Made by a program: the position numbers and the translations under genes
NCBI RefSeq assembly: GCF_009834535.1
Contig: NC_045696.1
Span: 58,964,001 to 59,028,000 of the forward strand
From: Camelus ferus
Lineage: Eukaryota
Direction: 5' to 3'
DNA length: 64,000 nucleotides
In this document: positions 1-14,299 of the stretch, piece by piece
Position numbering within the stretch: the stretch's first letter is position 1
Layout of the letters: each line of letters starts with the position of its first letter
Notes under the pieces: model-generated
Seen by the model: only the letters and a program-made list of their open reading frames with translations
The model's database searches: none
What the model was told of the DNA's origin: nothing

Positions 1-1899
1 ACTCAGGAGTGAGGCCCAGCCCCCTGGCACTCTGCTCTTGCCACACTGCTGGCCAGTGTAAGCCACTCTGTTCCCGCTTTTCTTTCAAGCACAGGGTGTG
101 GGGCCCAGGGTTGGTGTGGAGCAGGAAGACAGGATGTCCAAGGTCCGTGTTTTCTGGAGAGACACTGACCAGATGGACCTGCTTTACCCCAGCCAAGCCC
201 CTCAGAGGCTCTCAGTGGTGGGGTGCCCTGACCCCTGCGCTGGAGTAAGCTCTATCTCCCCATGGGGGAAGCAGATGAGGGCTTCTATTGTTTTCTGTTG
301 CCCGCCTTGAAGGAGGGTGCGGGTGGCCACCCTGAGCACCTGGGCAGTATGAGGGGCAGAAGGGAGGCAGGGAACTGGGGATATCATGGCTGGACCACTA
401 AGTGGGTCATCCCTTGGCATGATCTGGGGGTCACTATTTCTGCAGCCACAAACTTAAACCTCTGCTGGACCTTTAGGGCAAATCATGTGTTCATTTGGAG
501 CCTACAAAGTCAGAGACACCTGGAACCCACACCCCAGATAATCTAACCAGGTGAACAGCATCTTGGGCCATCTTTGGTGTCTGCACACATTCAAAGTCCA
601 GCCTGTGGCTGAGAATGAGACCCCTACCCCCGTGCCCAGCCCAGGTGCTGCCACAGAGGACACGGGGCTATCACCCTATAAGTGGCACCTTTAACAAAGA
701 ACAGAAGCCTTTGTGTTCCCTGCCTCCCAAGCCCTGAATAAGATGCCCACTCTTTGGCTATAAAGCCTTGGACTCTGTCCCACTGTGAATTACCCACCCC
801 TGGAATGGATTTTATATGCAAAATTAGTTTAAAGAGCTAATTTCCTGGCAAATATCAATTTTTCAAATATTTCAGCTGGAATCTGGAGCTGATTTTTTGA
901 CATTTCCCCTTTTAGTTCAGGAGACAAGAGCTCGGGAAGGGAAGGGGAGGTAGAAACCACCCACCTGTACAAACCCCCCACCTTCAGCAGGAACAGGTAG
1001 CACCTGTCCTACCCCAACCTCACCCCACTTCCTCCTTGAAAGGTGTTCTGTCCCTAGTCTAGGTCTGATTTCTGTCTAGGTCTGGATCTGAGAAAAGCTG
1101 GGGGGGAGAGGGGTCCCTGGCAGGCCTGGTGCACTCCCCAGGGCAACTTTCCACGGACTTGCTCCTTCTCACTGGGGACAAAGCCAAGGCCAGGGCAGCA
1201 GCCTCCCAAAGGAACAAAGAAGCTGGACTCTAGGGAGGGAAAAGGGGCAAGGGCTGCATGCAAGGGGACTCTAGTGTGATGTCCCAGGTTCCCCAAGTTC
1301 CCAGTGTACTTGGGAGAAACGAGGAACAGAGGAGCATCTGATTTAAAGACAGAGCTGAGGATTCCAGTCTGAGCTCTACTATTCACCTCTGGGTGGCTGT
1401 GAACAAGCCTGTGACCCTGAGGCCTCAGCTTCTCCCATTATTAATAGAGAAGGCAGCCAGATAACTTCTGAAGTCCCTTCCAGCTAGGACAGTCTAAGTT
1501 TTATGACTGTCCCCAGCTGGGCCCAGACAGTCTGCCTGCCGACCTCCCAGTGCAATCCTCCACTCTGGCCTGGCAGACTTCCCACAGCCTTGCTTTGCTC
1601 TTTCCTACCCTCCTGTACTCAGTCTATCCAGCAAGACTTTATACCCTTACCTCAAAATCCCAACAAAAAGCTCATCTCTTCTAGGAGATGTGATGTATTA
1701 TCTTGAAGCACTGCTCCTTCCATAAAGACAAGATCTATTTTAACATATAATCAGTTTCCATCATTTGCACTGGCCTAGAGGAAGAAGAGTCTATCTTCTT
1801 TTGGAGGCAGATTTTGGAGGCAGATTAGCCTTTCTGATTATAACTGGTTCAGGCACAAGGCAAAGGCTCTTGGTGTGTTTTGAGCATACCACTGAAGGT

Positions 1900-2103
1900 G
1901 GTAGGGTGACCAGCTGGCCCACGACCATCTCATCAGCTGACCACAGACACGTCATTATCTCAGCTAAAGTTTTCTGAGCCTTGCCTGGCTAAGTAGAATT
2001 TCCTAGCAGATTCAACAATGCCTAAGAAATAATCAATGACTATTGTCTTAAAAGTAATTAAGTATTGGGATGGTTTGTTATGCAGCAAAAACTAACTGAT
2101 ACA
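1900..2103 (+). mobile_element. MaLR (MLT1-type) LTR 3' fragment
   Basis: Ends ...gggatggtttgttatgcagcaaaaactaactgataca, a typical MLT1 terminus; left boundary approximate. Confidence 0.6.
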
Positions 2104-2401
2104 AGAATAAGGCACATGCCCAGAAAGGACCCATGTGGATGAGGCACATGCTGGGTTTTGTCATTGCTGTAGGAAAACAATGCTCCATCACCACATATAG
2201 ATACAGAGCCTATCTGTAGCTCAGAGCCTTGAACATGATGGACTCAGTACAGAGAAATGCCAGCAGCACCAAGCCTGCACTTTCTTTACCTTGAAGCCCA
2301 GCCCCACACTATTTCGTGGTTCCTCTGGCTCCCCAGTCCCAGGCAGGTACTTTGACAGAAGGTAGGGGGTTAAGGGAGGTTGGTAGGACACGCAGACTCA
2401 C

Positions 2402-2651
2402 TTGAGCAGGATCTCATACTGGCCAGCGTGCCAGGGCTGCACGTTCTTCAGGACCAGGGTGAACACATCCTCATTCTGTAATACCTCAAAGTGGCCAGTG
2501 TCTTTGGAAAGGGCTTTGCCATCTCGGAGCCAGTGCACAGTGGGGAAGGGGTCCCCAGCTATGGCACAGGAGATGAGGACATTCTGGCCCTGGCAGGCTG
2601 TCACTGAGCGAGGCTTGCTGATGAACCAGGGCTGGGTGCCATCCTGAGGTT
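2402..2651 (-). CDS. MYLK: MYLK exon 16-equivalent (250 nt), Ig6: PQDGTQPWFISKPRSVTACQGQNVLISCAIAGDPFPTVHWLRDGKALSKDTGHFEVLQNEDVFTLVLKNVQPWHAGQYEILL(K)
   Basis: cacag|AA CCT, CTCAA|gtgagt; phase 1 to 2. Confidence 0.97.
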
Positions 2652-3359
2652 CTGTGAGTTGGCAAAGGGTTGAGTTAGAGAAGGAGGCCTTTCTGCAGAG
2701 AACATTCACTCAACTCTCCATGGCAATGAAGGCCGGAAGACAGTGTCTAATCCAAAGAATGGCTAGTCCAGAAATCACTTTTATTGGATATACAGAGAAA
2801 GCACATCCTTCTCATGGCAAATCTGCTGGATTATTTCTCAGAGGGTAAGATTAACATGCATTTGTATATCCAAAAGCAAGGGAGGTTGCCCAGAAGGTAG
2901 AGGGGTTCTGGGACAGGTGCCAATGATCTACATGATATATGTATGATTAAGAGCTGTCATTTGCTTCATCTGTGCTTAACTTTTCTCTTCTGTTAAATAT
3001 AGGTTCTCTAATGGCAAGGACTTTCACAGGCCATGACTCACCTCCAAAGCTATCACTGCCAAATTGTTAGTGTATTAGGAGATTTCTCTCCTAGCACTCT
3101 ACGCAGCTTGTCACCAGTAACCCAGAGAGAGCAGGGACTTCAGAAGGCAGGGAAGGGCGGCCTCCTACCCAGCCAGAGCCTGAGATGTAGGATGGGGAGC
3201 TGGCCACTGGGGCTGGGATGGGACCAAGGGAGTCGAGGTCTATGGGGGAAACAAAGAAGGCTCACATGGTTTCCTCGCCTCCAAATCACCTATGGAGAGG
3301 CCACGGCAGCATGTCCTCCCCACCCCTGCCCCCATGGCTGGTCAGCGGGTCTGCCTCAC

Positions 3360-3557
3360 CTTGCACCATGAGCACAGCCTGGGTGCGGACCTCTCCTGCG
3401 CTGTTCCAGGCTTCACAGGTGTAAGTGCCTGTGTCCTCTGGGAACACCTCCTGGATACAAAGGCTGTGCAGAGTGCCTCTCTGTTCAAAGTGGAAGTCCT
3501 CTGACTCCTGGATTTCATTCCCATCGTGAAGCCAGATGACCTCAGGGGGCGGGTTCC
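3360..3557 (-). CDS. MYLK: MYLK exon 15-equivalent (198 nt), rest of Ig5: NPPPEVIWLHDGNEIQESEDFHFEQRGTLHSLCIQEVFPEDTGTYTCEAWNSAGEVRTQAVLMVQ
   Basis: ttcag|GG AAC, CAAG|gtgagg; phase 1-1. Confidence 0.97.
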
Positions 3558-5147
3558 CTGAACAGGGAGGAAGGGCAGGGGGGCAGGTCAGGGAGGCGGT
3601 TCCCTGCATCATGTGGCAAGTCTACTTAACGCTATGACATTGTACTAAATACCAAACTCTCCACGCTTCAGTTTTCCCATCCAGAAAATATTCTAACCCA
3701 GTCTACCTCACACGTTTGCTGGGAGGATTAAATAAATTAATACAGCCCCCTTAGCAGCCCACTAGAGAAGCAGATTAGAATAGCATCTGGTACAAAGGAA
3801 GTCCTCAGTGTGTGGTCATTACAATTACTAAATGACAGGTTTAGGGAAACTGCAAGAATCCAGAAGTGAAAAAATATAATTTCAGAGATAAGAAAACCCA
3901 AGAAGAATGGTTTTCAAAATTAGAATTCAACTGGTTTGATCAAACTGAGTGGTAGCTGGATCACTGGGTTCCCGGCAGACATGTTTCCTGCGCGGCCTCA
4001 CCCAGTGTGTACACGTCCAGGCAATGGCATTGTGACTCTCAGAAACTCCCTTGTCAGTTTCCACCAGCAGGAAAGCTCAGTTAGCACTTTTGGTACTGTG
4101 CAACTGTTGTCCAAGGGTGAAGATGGGCGCCAGGCTTTCCAAACACAGCCCACAGGGGATAGCATTTTCAGTTTTTACTAGTCTACTTCCCTGGGTAGTT
4201 TCTTGCTATTGTGGGGGCATAAAACAACGGCCACCTGTGAGGGTTTTTCTCTGCAGTAAGACCTGAGCCATTACACTCTGCTTCCCTGGGAGTGACTGCT
4301 GAGGGAGGCTGCATGGTGTCAGGCTCTCTCAAGGAGAGAGATGACCACCACCTATCTCTGATGGGTTAGCCAGCACATGTCTGGGGCCAGGTACAGAGTG
4401 CCTCTGATTTCTATCAACTCGAGCAATGAATGTGTGCAGGGGAAGGGACCCAGCCCTCTGCTGCATCATCCCAGGACTGCCTCCAGCCTGCAGGAGCAGG
4501 GAGTTCATCCGAGGATCCCTAAAAGCTGAGCGCACAGGTTCTCTCCCAGCTCATCTTTATCACTTCTACAGCTCAAAAGGAACTGAAAAAACAGAGTGAT
4601 CTCCAGGCTGTCAGCGGGATGGACCAGAGGCCAGCATGAGTGTGTGTCAGTAAGTCTGTGCCAGGAGACTTCTCCAGCTTTTCTTATTGGCCTCTAGCAA
4701 GGACTGTGACCTCTCACGTTGGGCTGCTCACCCCATGCTCTTGTCACCCCACCCCTGTTTTAGAAGGATGTCTGCTCCATTGCCTCACCTCAAAATTTGA
4801 ACAGAGCAACTGAGACTATCTTCCGAGAGTCGGGAAGCTCTCAGAGCATCTGGTTTTGGACCAATGTTCACAATCTTCCAGCTACATTGGCTACATTGTG
4901 TTTTCAATTAATCCCTCACCTCTGCCACCTTCTTACCCTGGACCACTCAAACTTGAATCCAAAAAATCTGCCCAAAGAAAAGCAGAAAAAAGGGGCCAAG
5001 AGGCTCCACTTCTAGGCGCCACTGACTGGCAGTCCCAGACTGATTTTCAGGTGGATCAATGATCTGAGCAGGACGTTGGGGAGCAACCCACGTTGCAAGC
5101 ATGCTCATTTTCACATATACTCCGAGGAGAGGGATGCAGAGACAGAC

Positions 5148-5285
5148 CTGACACCTGGACTGTCATGGTGACCTGGCTTCCGTCCATGACTCTGAGATCA
5201 GAGAGGCCCTGCAGGAAGAGGGGTGCGACGGGCTTGCTGGGGGCTGCGGGCAGGAGGTACTCCCTCTTCTCATCACTCTTCTTTT
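5148..5285 (-). CDS. MYLK: MYLK exon 14-equivalent (138 nt), start of Ig5: KKSDEKREYLLPAAPSKPVAPLFLQGLSDLRVMDGSQVTMTVQVS
   Basis: cacag|AA AAG, TCAG|gtctgt; phase 1-1. Confidence 0.95.
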
Positions 5286-5589
5286 CTGTGTGGCAAACAA
5301 TGTAGGGGGAACACTCATTCACTCACCTGACAGACACAGGCTAAATGACCACTTGGCACATAAGCATGTTGAGGCTCAGGCTCCCAGCAGAAACTGAACC
5401 GCGACCAGACAATGAGTCTGGGAGGCCCTGGAGAGGACTAGGAACAAAGTGTGCCCATTCCCTGCTTGGCATGACAGTGCTCTTACCTCCCAGCAGTGAA
5501 AGGACGAGGCCCCTGTCGGGCCAGGCCAAATCTAGGCTCTGGTTCCTCAGGAGAACTTCCAGCGGGGAGCCAGTACTTGGCATCTTACG

Positions 5590-5880
5590 AGATTTTTTTT
5601 TCTTCAATGTTATTTACTTTTTTGAATAAGTGATACACTCATATGGCATAAAATTCAAAAGGTCCAAAGAGTATGTGTACCATCTCCTTTCTACCCCTGT
5701 CCTCTGGCCAACTGTCTCTCCCCAGAGGCAACCAATTTTCAGTTTCTTGTTCATCTTGCCAGCGGTGGTCTACGTGTATAACAAATACAAACAGGCAAAC
5801 TCTTTTATTTGTCTTCTCTTAAATAAAATGATAGCACACTATACACAATGATTGGCATCTTGCTTTTTCTTCTAACAATA
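5590..5880 (-). mobile_element. Old L1 (L1ME-like) 3' end
   Basis: T-rich tail then gatacactcatatggcataaaattcaaaagg; interrupted by MER2. Confidence 0.55.
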
Positions 5881-6139
5881 CAGTCATCCCTCTGTATCTC
5901 CAGGGTATTAATTGGTACCAAGACCCCCTGCAGATACCAAACTCTGCAGATGCTGAAGTCCCTTATATAAAATGGCATGATATTTGCATATAACATAAAA
6001 CCCTCTTGTATACTTTAAATCATCTTAGATTACTTCTGATACCTAATACAATGTAAATGCTATGTAAATAGTTGCTGGGGTGTGGCAAATTCAAGTTTTG
6101 GTTTTTGGACCTTTCTGGAATTTTTTCCTCAAATTTTTT

Positions 6140-6817
<678 letters not shown>

Positions 6818-6989
6818 TTTGTGATATGCAGTTGGTTGAATCCGCAGGTGCAGAACCCGCGGATACAGAGGCTGACCATATATCTTGATGTCTCTCATAA
6901 AATGGAACTGAGGAATTTCCTTGTCATTTCCTATGCTTCCATGATGCTCCACTGCGATCTCCTGAGATTTTAAGCACCTTGAAAGCCAA

Positions 6990-7662
6990 AGACACTACAT
7001 CATGAGAATGATTAAAACTAAAGACCGATCACCCTAAGTGCTGGTGCTGGCAAGGCTGTGGAGCACTGGAACTCTCTGACACTGTCAGGGGGAGTGTATA
7101 CTAGCACAGATACTTCTGAAAACAGTTTGGCAGTTTCTTAAAAAGTTAAACATACATTTATGATCCATTCATTCTACTCCTGAGTATTTACACAAGAGAA
7201 ATGAAAGCACATATCCATACAAAGACTTGTACACGAACATTCATAGCAGCTATTCCTCAGGGCCCCCAACTGAAAACAACCCAAATGCCCATCAACAAGT
7301 GAATGAGTAAGCAAATTATGATATAGTCATACAATGGATACTACTCAGCAATAAAAAGAAATGGACTAATGACAGACGTTACAACAGGGACAAATCTCAC
7401 AAAAATTACATTGAATGAAAGGAGCCAGGCAGAGAGAGAGTACATACTGGATGAGTCCATTTCTATAAAATTCTAGAAAATGCAAAATAGAGTGACAGAA
7501 GGGTTGCTTGGGGCAGAGGTTGGAGGGATGGATTGTAAAGGGGCACAAGGAAGCATTTGAGGGTGATGGAGATGGTCATTTCCTAAAATTGTGGTGAAGG
7601 TTTCAAATTAAACACCATCAATATATGTGGTTTGTTGTACAGCAATACCGCCTCAATAAAAC
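6990..7662 (+). mobile_element. Old L1 (L1MC/L1ME-like) ORF2 end and 3'UTR
   Basis: aaacagtttggcagtttcttaaaaagttaaacata...caacccaaatgcccatcaaca...aataaa. Confidence 0.8.
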
Positions 7663-10600
7663 CTGGAGGGAAGATCTTTCTCTCTGAGAGAGGGAGGGAG
7701 CGTACCAGCTAGTCAGAGACAAGAACTAGAATGACTCTCTGGGCTCAGGGCTGCCCACTGACCCCCCCAATCCATTCTCTGGGGAGATGGGTTAGCAAAT
7801 GAGTTTCCCACTGTTCCTGGAATCCTCCCCAAGCCGGCTCTGACCTGCCTCAGGTGAGCTGAAGGGAAGGAGCAGCCAAGAGGCTGAGCTGGTGTCCATT
7901 TCCCACACAGGACAGCCTTGTCCCAGCAGGACGAGCTCACAGCTGCCCTGTCTCAGATCTTGCCCTCTGTCCTGCAGGCCAGGTGGCTTTGACCTTCAAT
8001 AACTCTTTTTCACCTTTCTGTTTTTTGTCTTTGGGGGAGGGGGGCAGGGATAGGGACAAAGAGGCTATGGTATCTCTAAGTTAGACTCTAAATCTGAGGG
8101 GAAAGGGACTGTGGTATTTGGGGCTCTTATTAGCTCAGGGCCACACATACAGATCTTCTCCAAGAAGCCTGCAGGGATACCTTTCCAGGGTGCTTCACAT
8201 ACCAGGGAAAGGCCTAAATCCAGACTGGCCACTGAATTTTTATCTGCTGGCAGAGAAAACAAAATATGGCCTACTACAGAGCACTTCCAGCATGGCCTCT
8301 GGATCGGAGAGGCTGTAAGACCCAGGGGGCAGCAAGACCTGGGAGGTGGGAGGACACTTTCCCCCAAGGTAGGTGCTGTATGAAGGGCACAGAGCTGGAG
8401 TGCAAGGGGAGACAGGGTCCATGACCAGAGGATGCGCTCTCCAGCCCATCCTGCTCCAGCCCCTGGGATCACTGCCTTCGACAGAGGGGCAGCTAGGCAG
8501 CCCTGGCCTTGGCAGAAGTCCCCAGGAGTGGGTTCAGGGACCCCAGTACTGGAAATGCAGAGATCGCCTTTCTCTGGGCTGCAGTGGCCAGGGAAGCAGG
8601 CTGCCTCGGGAGAGTTGAGGAATTTCCTGTCTTGCACAGACTTGAGGCTCAAGGACAAAATGTTTTCACTTGTCCAGAGCCCTCCCTGTCCCCGCCTCTC
8701 TGCAGTCTCAGCCAGAGTGCCCAGCTTCCCAGAGCTCCTTGCAGACAGGTTCTTATTCCTGGGCCCTGAGGGAGCATCAAAAACTCTAGGTCTCTTTCCT
8801 TCAAGCCAGTGGCAGCTCTTCCTTGGTCCCCACCCTCTCTCGGGTCTTCCTACTGCCCGGTTTGTCCTGGCCTGGGGCTTCGGTAAAGCCAGGTCACCCT
8901 ACAGGTCTAAATGCATATCTGTGCCTCTCTCTCCTAGGAGGGCGGCCTGGCACTGCCTTCCACGTGGCAGCTCACTGGTTCTCTGAAAGTTGCGGAAATG
9001 TAGGATCTGAGGTCAGGTCCTCTTCTTGGGTAAGTCACTGCCTCTCTCTGAAGCCCAACTTCCTCATCTGTATTTAAAGTAATAACAGTATCATCACAGG
9101 ACCCGGGGTTTTTAAAGAGATAATACGTGAAAATACTTTGTCCGACTATCTGTCATCAAAGGTCGCACTGGTGGGAGGCTGGCACAGGGGTGGACTCACA
9201 CCTACCCACTTGGGCTTAGCTACTTGGTGGGCTCCTCAGCAGAAGAGAACAGAGACTGAGCCCTTGCCCCAGGATTACAGGATTTGTGACCTGAGGCAAA
9301 TGCTGTTAGGAATGCAAATGTGTTGCTTAAAAAGATCATGGATATATATAAAGTAAATTGAGAACAAACATTCACTGCCCTCCCTCAGGAGAGAGATGAG
9401 TAAGGATGACTGAACTGGTGGGACCTGCCCGGGGCAGCACTTAGTTCCAACCTCCCCCAAGCCTCTGACCTGTTCTGTCCTCCCCAAGGCCCCACAGCAG
9501 GAACAAAGAGAAGAGGGAAGTGACTGGGAGAGAATGTGCAGAATGAATCTGTATTCAGACCTGCCACTGGGGGTCATGTGGGACTAGAGCTGCTGGGAAT
9601 CGGGGGAGTGAGTGGCTGTGTCGTCCCCAGCGTTCAACCACCCCAGAGTATTCACAGGGAGAGAAAACCAACCCCCTACAACACTCTGGGCTGGGATTCA
9701 GGGGCCAGTGAGGATCGCAGTTTTAGGGCAAGCAGCTTCCTAATTCAGATCCTGAAACCCCAGCCCCAACCCCGCCGCCCCCTTACTGGTAGAGAGGCCA
9801 GAAAATGTTCAGGTGAAGTGACTTGCCCAGGTCCCAGAGACAGTTACAGGCAGACCTGGAGCTCACACCCAGGCCTCCTGACGGCAAGGCCAAGATGTTC
9901 CAGAGGCCGTCTCTTCCACAGGAGCCAGCCACCTCCAGCGGCGCCTGTGCTGAGCTCCCCATGAAGGCAAATGTCTTATGTGGACCCCGATCCTACCCTT
10001 GACAAAAGAGAAAAACTAGTGCAGAGCAGGGAAAGCCAGGTGAAAAAGGCAAGGTGTGTGTGTTTCATTTAATTCCAAAGCCACACAACTTATTCTGGCT
10101 CATCTGTGGCCGACAGACCATGTATCAGTTTATGCTCACCGTCCTGCGCACTTAGCTAGAATAAGAAGAGACAGATGGAAACAGGTGCTGTGAACTCATA
10201 GCTCTAGCCACGTGACCTGAAGCAAGTTCCCCAACCTAAGCTCAGTGTTCCCTCCTCTAAACTGATACGAATACGGTTACCAACTATTGACGATTATGCA
10301 ATAGTGATATGGGTGACACATATATCATCAGTATAGCGCATGACAAACACTGCAGGGTTTCAGATGATTCCAAGAAATAACAGTAAAACAGCTACAAGAA
10401 TATCTGGCATATCATAAGTATAAGAATAAATGTTTTGTGCCTTTCCTAACCCAACTGACTTTTTTTGGTTGGGCAAGCTCAATTTGACAATAACTATGAT
10501 GAGAAAAGTCTCTCAAATCAGGATCCACATTTGATCAGGCAGAGATCTGAAAGGTGTCAGCTGCCACTGAGATAACGTTGTAACAATTCCATATAAAGTT

Positions 10601-13600
10601 CAGCACTTGGATTCTAAAGGACTCTAAAGGATGTTTGCAGCTCATTCAGGGTTATCCTTAACAACTCTGAGGTCGGGCAGATTGTGCCCTCATTTTACCG
10701 TGGACAGAGCTGAGGCTCAGGGAGGGAAGCTGGCTTGTCCTAAGATGTCGGGGCTGACATGGCCAACAGGGTCCTGGCCTGGACGCTCCCCTCTACCACC
10801 CTGAGAACAAAAGCTAGTCACCCAGATTCCACGGGAACTTTCTGTCACTGTATTCACACCCAGAGTTCTCCTGGAGATGTATCTTCTGGGGTTGTGCCAT
10901 AGCAGTCATCCGGCCCAGTCCTGGTTTGAGGCAGGCGTAGGTGGGCCAGGGTCTGAGGTGAGAGGCCCCCAGCAGCCATGGCACCTCAGGGAACCTGAAC
11001 CTCCTTCACTGGGTAGGGGTGGGCGCTGGCTGTGGCACACCAATAGCAAGGGTCCCTGGGACCCAGTGACAGGCTCGCTACCCAGCTCAAATGGGGCCAG
11101 ACTAAACATACCCAGGTTTCGCCTGCAGCTGTGCTTCCTGCTGCTCTGCTGACCTTCCTGGAGTCCAGGAAGGCCCAGCCTCCGCGATTTACTAGCCTAG
11201 GACTAAAGATCTGAAGTGGGCTTATCTGTTGCTCTGGTTCTTGGCCAGCTGGCCAGTGACCCTCCACTCACTCACAGACTCTGCCGTTAAACTGAGCAGC
11301 CAGGTACTGGGTGCTCTGTTTCATTCTGAGGGAAAGCAAAGGATCAGTCCTGCCCTCCAATGGGAAAGACAAGAACTGAGATTAAGAATGCTAATAAGCA
11401 GTTATGGACAAGTGAAAATAATGCCCCGTAGACTAAAGCTGTAGCATGACTTGAGAAAGGGGAAGAGGAGCCTGAGGAGAGGAGGGAGAGAGGGGGATGT
11501 GGGAGGGGGATGGAGGAAACAGGAAGGAGAGAGACACACAGACCCTACAGCTCAACAGACCCCCGAGTTTTCCCTCCTTGGCCATTTTTGCACTGTTTTA
11601 ACTCATCAGAAACTGTTTTTGAAGGCAGTTCCTAGTCATAAACTTAAACAATCCTTGCTCTGAGGAAGCAGAAGTATCAAACAAAGGACTTCCTGGAGCC
11701 CCAGAGCAGCAAAGTAGAAAGCCCTGGGCTGGGCCTAGAGCTGGCAGCCGGGCTGTTGTGGCAGCTGATTTGACCTCTGGGCATTGTTTTTCTTCATCTA
11801 CAAAGTGGAGTTAATTCAAAAATGGAAAGTGGAGGACAGAGCCCACCCAGGCCCAAGATCAGCTCTCAGCCCAGCTCCAGCTCATGCCTTACCAAAGATT
11901 CTGGGCCTGGGCCTGGCCCTCATACCCACCTGGAGTCTCAGCCCTACTCGCTGCCTTGTGCTGTGGAACAATACAAACAGTGTCATGACACCAGACTGAA
12001 ATAAAGGCAGTTTATTTTCTGCTTGGGAGAGAAAAAAAAAAAAAAAAAAAAGGAAAATGGATTGTGGTGGGAATTAAATAAAACAAACCAGCTTTTCTAA
12101 CTGATTAGATTTTGTCTGTCAAAACAATGTTGTCATTAAAAACACTGACTGACAGTGGTCTTAGTTTAAAGCACTTACTGCTTTAACTGGTAAACCCAAT
12201 ATTCGATTTTGAAAAGCTCTTATTTGGAGAGTTAAGTACACACACAGCAGGCACTCTTTGCTACCTTTCTCATTAATTCTTATACAGTCATCTGTATAAT
12301 CCCATTCCTCAAACCTGCAGTCTCAGAACGAGACTCTCTGACTTCTCTTGGGCTTGAAATGAAGAATCCCTCAGCCTCTGTCCTGGGGCTGGTGTGATCT
12401 CAGTGTCTCCCTCTACACTCAGTAATTCTCCTTTTCTTCCCGCCTGAGTCCCTCCTCTCTTTCTAAGGGTTTAGCAGGAAAAACAATTCTGAATTTCTCC
12501 TTAGAAGCATTTTCCCCACCTGTCAACTTTCAGTAGCCAACCTGATTCTCTCTAAAGCACCCCAAGTTTCTGGAGCTGAATTTGCATTAAATACACGTGT
12601 TTACACATTGAATCATTTGCCTGGAAAATGGCCTCAGCAGGCTCCCAGCTCATTCAAGACTTGTGTCAGATTAAAACAAAAAATTATGGAATGTTCCCTT
12701 TAAAGTGTGTAAATAGATGACACAAATATGAAACAGAGACAGAATGCTGGTATGAAGTATCCTACCACCTAAAGAGCTCCCCAGCACTCCCCACTAGAGG
12801 GACCACCTCCTGTCACAGCCTCCTACCAAGTCCTGCTGTCAGAGCCTCAGGCTGTCTGTCAGCAGCTCCCCTACTTCTGACACAGGCACCCCTGGATCCA
12901 CGGGGGTCACCAAATAAAAGTGGACATGGAACAGTGGCTCTCCCCTACTTCCTAACATCCCTCCCCCACACCCCTCAGGCATGCAGACACAGGACCTCTT
13001 GAAAATGCATAGTTGGGGGAGGAAAAATGACTGCCTTTATCTCAGATCTACTGACGATTTTCCTTAAGCTTTGAACCTGAGCTATTTCACTTACTCATAA
13101 AAATACAAAATACCATTCCAACAGCAAATCTGATTCACTCCAAACCCTGTTATACTATGGAAATTCAGTAAATCACCAAGTGAGAGGTGGTGGCACAATC
13201 CTCCCTTCTTCCTTTATTTGGTGCTCAAAATCCAGCAGGGTCTAGGGATCACCGTCTAGCCTCCTCCTTCCCCTGCATTCCAGGACTGCTGACTCTAGAG
13301 GACTCAACAAGGAAGGTGACCTTCACCCAGCTGAAGTGAGGCCCACCCGCTCCCCCATGTGCAGTGCATTTATGCACAGTGCAAATCTCAGGGGACGCCT
13401 GCCACCTCTCTTCCAACAGAAGCCCATCTCCTAACCAAATCAACCTACTTGAAGAGTCAGCAAAAAGTCTACTTCTGTGGGCATAAAAAGAGATCCCCCC
13501 ATAGCCTTGTTCTCTCTTTTGGCTCCTCTTCTCCCCACTGACTTCTCCAGAACCTAGGAAGCAAACGAGAAGACGGGGCAACGAAAAGGACAGGAAACAG

Positions 13601-14213
13601 TTGCTGTCTGACACCCCCAGGCCTCTCAGCAGTAACGACAGGCTTGCTGCCTGGCAGGCAGGGATCACTGCAGCTGCAGCCTTCTGACTGCCTTAGAAGT
13701 TCTCCTCAAACTCTGAACAAAATGGTACGGCATCCAAACCAGCCAATGTCCCCTCCCGATGCCTGCTGGAGGCCTGCCCCCCCGATGGAAAAGACAAGGA
13801 CGGAGATTAAGAGTGCTTAGAAGCAAATAAATGCTAGGTATGAGCTGCAGAGGGCTGTGGAAGTAGGCAGTGATACCGCTGTAATTGTCCGATTAGTAAA
13901 ATGGGGCTCCAGTTCCCTGACCTGGACACAAATGGACAGACAATTGCTCAGCAGGACTTCTGGGACAGGAAGGACCCCATGGAGCACACCACCATGTCTG
14001 TGGTATCAACTTACATAAAGCTAAAGTACTGGTTATAAAATAATTTAACATTTATTTGCTGGCCTTCTTAGAATTTAGAAGACTTTCAACAGATGTCGTA
14101 GGTGGACTAAGGTTCTTGAAAAAAACAAACAGAAAGACAAGTTAAAACTGATGTTCATCCTTCTGCTTCAGTAAATTTCTCTTTAGCTAACATAAGTGTT
14201 AAAAATGTTTTCA

Positions 14214-14299
14214 AGGGGTGGGAGGGATGCTCAGCGGCAGAGCAGGTGCTTGGCATGCACAAGGTCCTGGGTTCAATCCCCAGTGCCTCTGTTAGGGGG
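14214..14299 (+). mobile_element. tRNA-derived SINE (camelid Vic-1-like) with 13-bp TSD
   Basis: A box gctcagcggcagagc, B box ggttcaatccc; TSD aaaaatgttttca at 14201-14213 and 14300-14312. Confidence 0.85.

Noticed and set aside
1..2401. Exon 17 or the smooth-muscle MLCK internal promoter
   Set aside because: No NRVGECSCQV-like coding sequence or perfect CArG seen; expected further downstream, outside the window
8065..8986. 197-aa and 184-aa overlapping ORFs in intron 13
   Set aside because: No recognisable domain, non-ATG starts, and composition typical of GC-rich intron
10485..10560. C/D-box snoRNA-like pattern (ATGATGA 10496-10502, CTGA 10547-10550, TGACA/TGTCA stem)
   Set aside because: Antisense to the host gene, short, and no recognisable guide; such motif pairs arise by chance
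14214..14299. tRNA gene
   Set aside because: A/B boxes are present but there is no convincing acceptor stem; flanked by a TSD and repeated elsewhere, so a SINE
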